Positions 28,671-37,479 of a stretch of 64,000 bases of DNA are shown here, one piece after another. How positions within the stretch are numbered: position 1 is the first letter of the stretch; every line of letters starts with the position of its first letter. The translations under genes and the position numbers were made by a program. The notes beneath the pieces were generated by a model. The model saw only the letters and a program-made list of their open reading frames with translations. It did not search any database and was not told the DNA's origin. The DNA is from Alphaproteobacteria bacterium (lineage in GTDB: Bacteria; Pseudomonadota; Alphaproteobacteria; Bin95). The stretch spans positions 5,399,553-5,463,552 of the forward strand of contig CBDBGH010000003.1 in the NCBI GenBank assembly GCA_965205265.1, given 5' to 3'.

Positions 28671-29090
28671 ATGGCGAGCGTCACCATCAACGGTGAAGCC
28701 CGGACCCTGGACGGACCGGACGACACCGTCCTGTTGTGGGCCCTGCGCGACATGGCGGGCCTCTGCGGCGCCTGCACGGTGCATGTCGACGGCAAGGCCG
28801 AGAAGTCCTGTATGGTGACCGTGGGCGACGTGGCCGGCAAGTCGGTCACCACCATCGAGGGCCTCTCCGCCGACGGCAGCCATCCGGTCCAGGTCGCATG
28901 GCGCGAGCTGCATGTGCCGCAATGCGGCTTCTGCCAGACCGGGCAGATCATGCAGGCCGCGAGCCTGCTGGCCGAGAACCCGAAGCCGACCGACCGGGAA
29001 ATCCTCGACGGCATGGCCGACAATATCTGCCGCTGCGGCTGCTATGAGCGCATCGTCTCCGCGGTGCGGCTCGCATCCACGGGAGTCTAG
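28671..29090 (+). CDS. IorA-like 2Fe-2S subunit with an internal in-frame deletion (possibly non-functional)
   Basis: LLWALRDMAGL-CGACTVH lacks the family TGTKFGCG segment; QCGFCQTGQIM and ICRCG are intact. Confidence 0.8.
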   Translation: MASVTINGEARTLDGPDDTVLLWALRDMAGLCGACTVHVDGKAEKSCMVTVGDVAGKSVTTIEGLSADGSHPVQVAWRELHVPQCGFCQTGQIMQAASLLAENPKPTDREILDGMADNICRCGCYERIVSAVRLASTGV

Positions 29091-29093
29091 GCC

Positions 29094-31409
29094 ATGCTGC
29101 ACATGATGGAACAAGCGATCCTGGGCGCGCCCGTCCGCGACGCGGCGAAGCTCGCCTTCGCCAATGTCTCCCGCCGGCGCTTCCTGCAGGGCTCGGCGGC
29201 CGGTTTCGCCGTCGCCGCCTTCGCCAGCACCGCCGAGGGCTTCGCGCGCTACAAGACCGGCGGCGACTTCATGCCGAACGGCTTGCGCTACGACCCGCAC
29301 ATCTTCGTCTCCATCGACCCCGACGGCACGGTGACCATCGTCGCCCACCGCTCGGAGATGGGCACCGGCTCGCGCACCTCGCTGCCGATGGTGCTCGCCG
29401 ACGAGATGGGCGCCGACTGGGGGATGGTGAAGATCGTCCAGGCGGAAGGCGACGAGGAGAAATACGGCAACCAGGACACGGACGGGTCGCGCTCCATGCG
29501 CCACCACATCCAGTCCATGCGCCAGATGGGCGCCTCCGTCCGCCATATGCTCGCCAATGCCGCAGCCGAGAAATGGGGCGTGGACGCCGCTTCGGTGAAG
29601 GTCGGCGTGCATGAGGTCGCGGGCGGCGGCAACAGGGCCGGCTTCGGCGAGCTCGCCGAGGCGGCGATGAAGCAGCCCGTGCCGGAGTTCGAGGCGCTCT
29701 CCTTCAGGGACGAGTCCGAGTTCCGCTATATCGGCAAGGGCAGGATCGGCATCTACGACCTGCACGACATCACCACCGGCAAGGCCGTTTACGGCGCCGA
29801 CGTGATGCTGCCGGGCATGAAGGTGGCGGCCGTCGCCCGCCCGCCCGTGGTCGGCGCCGAGGCGAAGAGCTATGACGCAAGCGCGGCCATGGCCGTGCCG
29901 GGCGTCGAGCATGTGGTGCCGCTGCCGGCCTCGATCATGCCGGCGAAGTTCGCTCCGCTCGGCGGCGTCGCCGTCGTGGCCTCCAACACCGATGCGGCGA
30001 TCAAGGGCCGCGATGCGCTGGAGATCCAGTGGGGCGACAGCCCGCATGGCGGCTACACCTCCGAATCCTACCTGGAGGAGATGCGGGCGACGGCGAAGCA
30101 GCCGGGCAAGGTGCTCCGCGCGGAGGGCGATGCGGCGGCGGCCTTTGCGGGCGCGGCGAAGACCTTCGGGCAGGAATACAGCCAGGCGCATATGGCGCAT
30201 GCGATGATGGAGCCGCCGACGGCGGTCGCCAGCGTTGCGGACGGCAAGTGCGAGGTCTGGGCGCCGGTGCAGTCCCCCTTCGGCGCGCGCGGCGATGTCG
30301 CGGCGGCGCTGGAGATGGATGTCGCCGACGTGCGCGTGAACGTCACCCTGCTCGGCGGCGGGTTCGGGCGGAAGTCCAAATGCGACTTCGTGATCGAGGC
30401 CGCGCTGCTCAGCAAGAAGCTGGGCATGCCGGTCAAGGTGCAGTGGACGCGCGAGGACGATATCCGGCACAGCTTCTACCACACCGCCTCGGTGGAGCGG
30501 ATCGAGGTTGCGCTGGACGCCGCGGGCAAGGTGACGGGCTGGCGCCACAACTCGGTGGCGCCGTCGATCCTGTCCACCTTCGCGCCGGACAGCGGGCACC
30601 AGTTCTTCATCGAGAGCGGGATGGGGCATGTCGATATCCCCTTCGAGATCCCGAACCTCTCGGTCGAGAACGGCCCGGCGATGGCGCACACCCGCATCGG
30701 CTGGTTCCGTTCGGTCTCGAACATCCCGCGCGCCTGGGCGGTGCAGTCCTTCGCCTCCGAGCTCGCGGCCGAACTCGGCCGGGACGACCTCGAGGTGATG
30801 CTGGAGCTGATCGGTTCCGACCGGAAGCTCGACCCGCCGAAACAGGGCTTCCCGGAGGACTTCTGGGACTATGGCGAGGTGTATGACGAGTATCCGATCG
30901 ACACCATGCGCCTGAAGAACGTCCTCAGGCTGGCCGCCGAGAAGGGCGGCTGGGGCCGGGAGATGCCGGCGGGCGAGGGCCTCGGCCTTGCGGTGCACCG
31001 GTCCTTCGTCACCTATGTGGCGGCCTGCGCCCGTGTGAAGATCGTGGACGGCAGGATCACCGTTCCGGAGATCCACATGGCGCTGGACTGCGGCTTCGCG
31101 GCCAATCCGGAGCGTATCCGGAGCCAGATGGAAGGCTCGGCCGTGCAGGGCATGACCATCGCCCTCTACAGCGGCGTCACCTTCGAGAACGGCGCGGCCG
31201 TGCAGTCGAACTACCACGACTACCGGATGGTGCGTTCGGACAACTTCCCGGAGAAGGTGCACACCCACATCGTGCCGCATCCCTTCTCGGTCCATGCCTC
31301 GGGCGTGGGCGAGCCGGGCGTGCCGCCGGTGGCGCCGGCGATCGGCAATGCCCTCTTCCATGCGACAGGCAAGCGCATGCGCGACCTGCCCATGGGCGAC
31401 ACCGTCTGA
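29094..31409 (+). CDS. IorB-like molybdopterin oxidoreductase large subunit with twin-Arg motif
   Basis: SRRRFLQ, RSEMGTG, GGGFGRK, SGVGEPGVPPVAPA. Confidence 0.88.
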   Translation: MLHMMEQAILGAPVRDAAKLAFANVSRRRFLQGSAAGFAVAAFASTAEGFARYKTGGDFMPNGLRYDPHIFVSIDPDGTVTIVAHRSEMGTGSRTSLPMVLADEMGADWGMVKIVQAEGDEEKYGNQDTDGSRSMRHHIQSMRQMGASVRHMLANAAAEKWGVDAASVKVGVHEVAGGGNRAGFGELAEAAMKQPVPEFEALSFRDESEFRYIGKGRIGIYDLHDITTGKAVYGADVMLPGMKVAAVARPPVVGAEAKSYDASAAMAVPGVEHVVPLPASIMPAKFAPLGGVAVVASNTDAAIKGRDALEIQWGDSPHGGYTSESYLEEMRATAKQPGKVLRAEGDAAAAFAGAAKTFGQEYSQAHMAHAMMEPPTAVASVADGKCEVWAPVQSPFGARGDVAAALEMDVADVRVNVTLLGGGFGRKSKCDFVIEAALLSKKLGMPVKVQWTREDDIRHSFYHTASVERIEVALDAAGKVTGWRHNSVAPSILSTFAPDSGHQFFIESGMGHVDIPFEIPNLSVENGPAMAHTRIGWFRSVSNIPRAWAVQSFASELAAELGRDDLEVMLELIGSDRKLDPPKQGFPEDFWDYGEVYDEYPIDTMRLKNVLRLAAEKGGWGREMPAGEGLGLAVHRSFVTYVAACARVKIVDGRITVPEIHMALDCGFAANPERIRSQMEGSAVQGMTIALYSGVTFENGAAVQSNYHDYRMVRSDNFPEKVHTHIVPHPFSVHASGVGEPGVPPVAPAIGNALFHATGKRMRDLPMGDTV

Positions 31410-31435
31410 TCCGCCTCCGGGCAGGCAGGCAAGGG

Positions 31436-31469
31436 AAAGGGCCGGCCGCCGCGCCGGCCCTTTTTCTTT
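31436..31469 (+). terminator. Rho-independent terminator
   Basis: AAAGGGCCGGC-cgccgc-GCCGGCCCTTTTTCTTT directly after iorB. Confidence 0.8.
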
Positions 31470-31552
31470 GGCGGGCACGGTCGGGCCTGTGACGGATCGG
31501 CCGTCTGGCATAGACTGCCCAGGCGGCGCATCCGGGAAAGGAGCCTCCGAGC

Positions 31553-32542
31553 ATGGCCATCGACGCGATTCCGGCAATCGACCTCGGGCCCTGGTGGTCC
31601 GGCGGCGCGGCCGGCCGGCGGGAGGTGGCCGGGCAGGTCGCCCGGGCCTGCGAGACCGTCGGCTTCCTGATCGTCACCGGCCACGGCATTCCCCAGCAGG
31701 TGATCGACCGCGCCTTTTCGGTCTCGCGGGCGTTCTTCGACCTGCCCGCGGAGGAAAAGGCCAGGTTCATGCCGGAAGACGGGGTGGCGCCGCGCGGCTA
31801 CCACGCCGTCGCGACGCGGAACCTCGCGCGCACCTATGGGCAGGAGACGCCGCCCGACCTGAGGGAGCAGTTCTTCATCGGCCCCCTCGCCCCGCGCGCC
31901 GAGCGGTTCGCCCATATTCCGGAGGCCGCGCTTTACTATTCGGAGAATATCTGGCCGGCCCGTCCCGCCGCCTACCGGGAGGTCTTCACCGAGTTCTACG
32001 GCGCGTTCGAAGGCCTCGCGGCGCGCCTGATGGGGATTTTCGCCGTGGCGCTCGGCCTGCCGGAGTCGTTCTTCGACGACAAGATCGACGGGCATTTCAG
32101 CACCTGTCCGTCGAACCACTATCCCGTCATCCAGGACGACCCGCAGCCGGGCCAGCTCCGCTGCGGCGCGCACACCGATTTCGGCAGCCTGACGATCCTC
32201 GCCTTCAACGATGCGCCGGGCGGCCTGCAGGCGCTGATGCCGGACGGCTCCTGGCTGGATGTCCGGCCGGGGCCGGGGCAGCTGGTCGTCAATCTGGGTG
32301 ACATGATGGCGCGCTGGACCAACGACCGCTGGAAGTCCACCGTCCACCGCGTCGTCAATCCGCCGGCGGAACGGCGCGGGGAAAGCCGGCGCCAGACCAT
32401 CGGCTATTTCCTGCACCCGAACTACGACGCCGAGATCGACTGCCTGGAAGGCTGCTGGGGCCCCGGCAACCCGCCGAAATACCCCCGGATCAGGGCCGGC
32501 GACCACATGCGCGAGAAGCTGGAAGCCCGGATCGACGGGTAG
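31553..32542 (+). CDS. Isopenicillin-N-synthase-family 2OG-Fe(II) oxygenase
   Basis: IPAIDL, GFLIVTGHGI, AHTDFGSLTIL, STVHRVVNP. Confidence 0.9.
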   Translation: MAIDAIPAIDLGPWWSGGAAGRREVAGQVARACETVGFLIVTGHGIPQQVIDRAFSVSRAFFDLPAEEKARFMPEDGVAPRGYHAVATRNLARTYGQETPPDLREQFFIGPLAPRAERFAHIPEAALYYSENIWPARPAAYREVFTEFYGAFEGLAARLMGIFAVALGLPESFFDDKIDGHFSTCPSNHYPVIQDDPQPGQLRCGAHTDFGSLTILAFNDAPGGLQALMPDGSWLDVRPGPGQLVVNLGDMMARWTNDRWKSTVHRVVNPPAERRGESRRQTIGYFLHPNYDAEIDCLEGCWGPGNPPKYPRIRAGDHMREKLEARIDG

Positions 32543-32607
32543 GAGGCACGCGAAGAAGTCGAAATGCGCATCTTTCCTGTTGAAACGGGACGAAGACAGG
32601 CAAAGAC

Positions 32608-32880
32608 CGTCACCCCGGACTCGATCCGGGGTCCATCCCCGACCGTTTGCGCCTGCCGCAGCCGGTGGAGAACAGGACGAACCGCCGAGGCTGCTGCGAG
32701 GTCCGAGGCTGGACCCTGGATCGAGTCCGGGGTGACGGAAGAACTTGTCCTGAGCTTGCCGAAGGGGGCGCGGTCGCTACGCTCCCTCATCCCGAGTAGC
32801 GGCTTCAGCCGCGTATCGAGGGACGGCGGCTTCTCCCGGCGGACCATCCCTTCGGCAGGCTCAGGGCGGGCCCTTCGATA
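32608..32880. repeat. REP/REPIN-like cluster ending in a REP arm broken at the IS1595 junction
   Basis: GTCACCCCGG-family unit 32608-32737 (inverted relative to the 20825 copy, same internal sequence); IR GTCCTGAGCTTGCCGAAGG/CCTTCGGCAGGCTCAGGGC; ends CCCTTCGATA. Confidence 0.75.
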
Positions 32881-32893
32881 GGGGATTATATAC

Positions 32894-32922
32894 TTGACGG
32901 CGCAAACCGGAGCGCCTATATT
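32894..32922 (+). promoter_or_regulatory. Sigma70 promoter in the IS left end
   Basis: TTGACG-17 nt-TATATT, then RBS GGAGG before the transposase. Confidence 0.7.
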
Positions 32923-32945
32923 CATCCTTACAGGGAGGATCCACT

Positions 32946-33911
32946 ATGGCGAAAGCACCGGGTAAGGCACACCGCGAAGGCATCACGCTCTTGCAGGTTG
33001 TGGAGATGTTCCCGACCGAGGAAAGCGCCCATGACTGGTTCGCGGATATGCGCTGGGGCCGCACCGGCCGTTTCTGCCCGCGTTGCGGTAACACCGAGAC
33101 GACGCAGAAGGGCTTGACCTTTTGGTGCGGCGGTTGCCGCCGTCGGTTCACGGTCCGCACCGGCACGGCGATGGAGCGGTCGAAGATTCCGCTGCGCAAG
33201 TGGGTCATCGCCATCTACTTGAGCGTGACAAGCCTCAAAGGCGTGTCGTCGATGAAGCTGCACCGCGACCTTGGCATTACGCAGAAGAGCGCATGGTTCA
33301 TGGCGCACCGCATCCGGGAAGCCATGATGGGCGAGCCGGGCGGGTTCTTCGGCCCTGCCGAGGCGGACGAAACCTACTTTGGAGGCAAACGGAAGAACAT
33401 GAGCAACCGGAAGCGGAAGGAGCTTGCCGGGACGGGCCGGGGCACGGTCGGCAAAGCCGCCGTGGCCGGTGTGAAGGACCGGGACAGCAACAAGGTCGCG
33501 GCCCGCGTCATGGAAGCGACGAAGGCGGACGACCTGCAACGCTTCGTCCGGGACAATGTGCAGCCCGGCGCCACCCTCTATACGGACGAAGCGGCCGCCT
33601 ACAAGGGAATGCCCGAATTCGATCACGAGGCGGTCAATCACTCGGTTGCCGAGTATGTGCGCGGGCAGGCGCACACGAACGGGATGGAAAGCTTCTGGTC
33701 GATGTTGAAGCGGGCCTACGCCGGAACCTTTCACAAGTTTTCGCATAAGCACCTTCAGCGGTATGTCGATGAATTCTCGACGCGCCACAATCTCCGCGAC
33801 ATGGACACGGCGGACATGATGGCGGCGCTCGCCGCTGGCATGGTCGGCAAGCGCCTCCTTTACAGCGACTTGATTGCGGACAACGGCCTGTCCTCCGGCG
33901 CTCGAAGCTGA
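32946..33911 (+). CDS. IS1595-family transposase
   Basis: Zn ribbon CPRC..CGGC; EADETYFGG, LYTDE, HTNGMESFWSMLKR. Confidence 0.93.
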   Translation: MAKAPGKAHREGITLLQVVEMFPTEESAHDWFADMRWGRTGRFCPRCGNTETTQKGLTFWCGGCRRRFTVRTGTAMERSKIPLRKWVIAIYLSVTSLKGVSSMKLHRDLGITQKSAWFMAHRIREAMMGEPGGFFGPAEADETYFGGKRKNMSNRKRKELAGTGRGTVGKAAVAGVKDRDSNKVAARVMEATKADDLQRFVRDNVQPGATLYTDEAAAYKGMPEFDHEAVNHSVAEYVRGQAHTNGMESFWSMLKRAYAGTFHKFSHKHLQRYVDEFSTRHNLRDMDTADMMAALAAGMVGKRLLYSDLIADNGLSSGARS

Positions 33912-33912
33912 C

Positions 33913-34707
33913 ATGGCGCTGCAAACGGTCATTCCGCCGACCGACCTAAGCGCGGAAGCCCTCGCCCGCCGCCTGCTGAATGAGGGATGGATGGAGGACG
34001 GCCGCCATCCCCTGCACCTCCGCAAGGCGCGTTTCCTCGACCGGCTGCGCAGCACCGGCAAGCTGGACTACAAGCGGTATCTGGCCTCGCCGCTGCGCTA
34101 CGCGGGCGGCAAGAGCCTCGCCGTCGGCATGGTCGTGGAACTCATGCCCGATGTCGTGGAGCGCGTCGCGTCGCCTTTCATGGGCGGCGGCTCCGTCGAG
34201 ATCGCTCTTGCCCGCGAACTCGAACTGCCGGTCGCGGCCTACGATGTCTTCGACATTCTCTGCGCCTACTGGCAAGAGCAGTTGCAGCGCCCGGCCGCAC
34301 TGGCGAAGCGGCTCCGGGCCTTCACGCCGGATCGGCCCACCTTCGCCGCCGTCAAAGCCCGGCTGGAAGCGCACTGGAAGCGCGGGGAGGCGTTGAACCG
34401 CTACGACCTCGCCGCTCACTACTACTTCAACTCGAACACCTCCTACGGGCCGCATTTCCTCGGCTGGCCGTCCGATGTGTATCTGGCACCGGATCGTTAC
34501 GGGAAGACGGTGGAGAAGGTCGAGGCGTTTCGCGCGCCGGGGCTGACCGTGGAGTGCGCGGGCTTCGAGGAGTCGATACCGCATCACGCGGCGGACTTCC
34601 TCTACTGCGACCCGCCCTACTACCTCGAAGAGGGCAAGACTTTCGTGGGGATGTATCCGCACCGGAACTTCCCGATTCACCATGACGGCTTCCGGCATGA
34701 TATGTAG
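33913..34707 (+). pseudogene. Dam/D12-class N6-adenine DNA methyltransferase, 3'-truncated
   Basis: SPLRYAGGKS, SPFMGGGSV, FLYCDPPYY; stops about 25 aa after DPPY, lacking the usual C-terminal strands. Confidence 0.75.
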
Positions 34708-34713
34708 CGCCAT

Positions 34714-34742
34714 TGCGCCAGACCTGCGCCAGAGTGCGCTGA
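34714..34742 (+). repeat. Three short direct repeats, putative integrase arm-type sites (left)
   Basis: TGCGCCAG (34714), TGCGCCAG (34725), TGCGCTGA (34735). Confidence 0.5.
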
Positions 34743-35042
34743 GATACGATTTATCATTGTGTAACAGCTATTTGTACCGCCATTTTGGTCTTGCATCCCT
34801 GCCCGGGATGCACTCCAATGCGCCGGGATACGGGTCCGGTCGCTTGCGGATTGATTACGAATTCCGCATCCACTTCCAGGACCGAAAACCCGCCGCGGGA
34901 AAGCGTTCGGTCACGCGGTGATGGAGGGGACGATGGCACAGAGCGAAGTCGGGCGAAGCCCGGCAAACCACGGAGTTGGCCTCGTCGTCCTCATCATCGT
35001 CACCCCTTGAACGAACGCTTCCCCGATCCGCCGGAGACCACG

Positions 35043-36218
35043 ATGCCCGATTCTGCCCCGAAGCTCACCAAGCGCGCCGTCGACGCCCTCGCGGTCGCCG
35101 GCAAGGACGCCGTGTTCTGGGACCGGGACCTCAAGGGGTTCGGCGTCCGGGTCCATCCAACCGGCCGCAAGGTCTTCGTCGTCCAGACGCGCGGGCCGAC
35201 CGGGCCGAAGCGCGTCACGCTCGGGCGCCACGGCGACCTGACGCCCGACGAGGCCCGCAAGCGGGCCGCCGGCGTCATCGACCGCATCCGGCGGGGGCTG
35301 GAGCCGTTCCCGGCGCCGGCCGCGCCGGAACTCACCGTGGCGGGTCTGGCGGCGCGCTACATGGAAGGCCATGTGAAGGTCAACCTCCGGGAGAAGACGC
35401 AGGCGAGCTACCGCTACGCGATCGAGAGGCTCATCCTGCCGGAACTCGGCGGCCTGCCCATAGGCGAGGTCGACCGGTCGCGCGTTGCGAAGTTCCATTA
35501 CGGACTGCGCAGGACGCCGCAGGCGGCGAACCTGTCGGTGAGGATACTGTCGCGGATGTACAACATGGCCGAGGCGCTGGAGCTGGTCCCGCCGGGACGG
35601 AACCCGTGCCGGGCGGTGCGCCGGTACCGGGAGGTCAGGCGGGAGCGTTTCCTCACGCCCGACGAATACCGGGAACTGGGCCGGGTGCTGAAGGAGGCGG
35701 AGGCGGCCGGCTCGGCGCGGCCGGCAGCGGTAGCGGCGCTTCGCCTGCTGATGCTGACCGGATGCCGCAAGGGTGAGATCATGGGGCTCCGGTGGGACGA
35801 TGTGGACCGGGCGGCGCGCGGGTTGAGATTGCGCGATGCCAAGACGGGACCGCGCATCGTTCCGCTGACGCCCGCGGTCGAGGCGGTGCTCGACCGGATT
35901 CCTCGCGACGGCGACAGCCCATGGGTGATCGCGGGCAGGAAGGGGGACGCCCATCTGGTCAACATGGATGCAGTCTGGAAGCGCCTTCGCGCGAAGGCCG
36001 GGCTGAAGGACGTCCGCATCCACGATCTTCGGCACAGCTGGGCGAGCCGGGCGCTGGCGCTCGGCGAGAGCCTTTCGATGATCGGCAAGCTGATGGGCCA
36101 CGGGCAGGTCGCGACGACCGCGCGTTACGCGCATCTGGCGCGCGACACCGAGAAGGCGTCGGCGGCCAAGGTCGGCGGCAGCATCGGCGCCGACATCCTC
36201 GAACCGGACGCCGCCTGA
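35043..36218 (+). CDS. Tyrosine integrase 1 with N-terminal arm-binding (DUF4102-like) domain
   Basis: FWDRDLKGFGVRV; catalytic TGCRKGE, KTG, HDLRH, MGH, TTARYAH. Confidence 0.93.
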   Translation: MPDSAPKLTKRAVDALAVAGKDAVFWDRDLKGFGVRVHPTGRKVFVVQTRGPTGPKRVTLGRHGDLTPDEARKRAAGVIDRIRRGLEPFPAPAAPELTVAGLAARYMEGHVKVNLREKTQASYRYAIERLILPELGGLPIGEVDRSRVAKFHYGLRRTPQAANLSVRILSRMYNMAEALELVPPGRNPCRAVRRYREVRRERFLTPDEYRELGRVLKEAEAAGSARPAAVAALRLLMLTGCRKGEIMGLRWDDVDRAARGLRLRDAKTGPRIVPLTPAVEAVLDRIPRDGDSPWVIAGRKGDAHLVNMDAVWKRLRAKAGLKDVRIHDLRHSWASRALALGESLSMIGKLMGHGQVATTARYAHLARDTEKASAAKVGGSIGADILEPDAA

Positions 36219-36236
36219 GGCGAGAGGAAGGTCGCG

Positions 36237-37409
36237 ATGGCGAAGCTCGGGAGACGGTCGATATCGCGGCGCACGGTCGAAGCGCTCGAGGTCGACAGGG
36301 ACACGGTGTTCTGGGACTCTGGACAGCCGGGCTTCGGCGTCCGGGTGTATCCCTCCGGCTCGAAGCACTACATCGTGCAGACCCGCGCGCGCGGCGCGGC
36401 GAAGCGGCTGACCATCGGGCGGCACGGCGTCATCACGCCCGAGGAGGCTCGCCGCCGCGCGGCGCTGATCATCGCGCGCATCAAGGCGGGCGAGGACCCG
36501 GTGCCGGAGCCGCTGGCGGCGAAGCACCCGGACGGGCCGACGGTCGCGGCGCTCGCCGCGCGGTATCTCGAGGAATATGCCGAGCAGCATTGCAAGCCCA
36601 ACACCGTGAAGGCCTACCGGCGCATGGCGAACGGGCACATCGTGCCGACGCTCGGGAAGCTGCCGCTCGGCAGCGTGCGGCGCGAGCATGTGCGCGACCT
36701 GCACCATGCGATGCGGGCGACGCCGGTGCAGGCCAACCGGACGCTGGACCTGCTGTCGCGCATGTTCAACATGGCCGAATCCTGGGGATTGACGCCCGAG
36801 GGGAGCAATCCCTGCCGGGGCACGGTGAAATACCGCCAGCAGGCGCGCGAGCGGTTTCTCACCGCCGCCGAGTTCCGCCGGCTCGGGCGTGCACTCGACG
36901 AGGCGGAGGCCGACGGCGCCGTCTCGGCGCATGCCGCGGCGGCGATCCGGCTGCTGATGCTGACCGGGTGCCGCAAGAACGAGATCGTGACGCTGCGCTG
37001 GCGGGACGTGGACCTCGAAGCCATGGAGCTGAACCTTGAAGACACCAAGACCGGTGCGCGCACAGTGCCGCTGTCGCCCGAGGCGGTTCGGGTGCTCGCG
37101 GGCATCCCGCGCGCCGAGGGCAATCCCTGGGTGATCCAGGGCCGGAAGCCGGGCGAGCGGCTGGGCTTCATCGACCGTCAGTGGTGCCTGGTGCGCGAAC
37201 GGGCGAGGCTCGAGGATGTCCGGCTTCACGACTGCCGGCATTCCTTCGCCTCGCGCGCGCTGGCGCTGGGCGAGAGCCTGCCCGTGATCGGCCGGCTGCT
37301 CGGCCACGCGCATGTCGAGACGACGGCGAAATACGCCCATCTGGCGCGCGACTCCATGCACGAGGCGGCGGTAAGGGTCGCCGACAGCATCGCGGCCGAT
37401 ATCCTTTAG
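36237..37409 (+). CDS. Tyrosine integrase 2, paralog of integrase 1
   Basis: FWDSGQPGFGVRV; TGCRKNE, KTG, HDCRH, LGH, TTAKYAH. Confidence 0.93.
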   Translation: MAKLGRRSISRRTVEALEVDRDTVFWDSGQPGFGVRVYPSGSKHYIVQTRARGAAKRLTIGRHGVITPEEARRRAALIIARIKAGEDPVPEPLAAKHPDGPTVAALAARYLEEYAEQHCKPNTVKAYRRMANGHIVPTLGKLPLGSVRREHVRDLHHAMRATPVQANRTLDLLSRMFNMAESWGLTPEGSNPCRGTVKYRQQARERFLTAAEFRRLGRALDEAEADGAVSAHAAAAIRLLMLTGCRKNEIVTLRWRDVDLEAMELNLEDTKTGARTVPLSPEAVRVLAGIPRAEGNPWVIQGRKPGERLGFIDRQWCLVRERARLEDVRLHDCRHSFASRALALGESLPVIGRLLGHAHVETTAKYAHLARDSMHEAAVRVADSIAADIL

Positions 37410-37479
37410 CTCGGCGGTATCGCCTCATCTGGACCGGCGGCAGTTGTCCGGGCCACTCACTGCGACCGCCCTGTCCGGT

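Larger units (their letters stand above)
32881..34707 (+). mobile_element. IS1595-family element with passenger methyltransferase; right end not found
   Basis: Putative left end GGGGATTATATACTTGACGGCGCA; transposase followed 1 nt later by the MTase gene. Confidence 0.6.
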
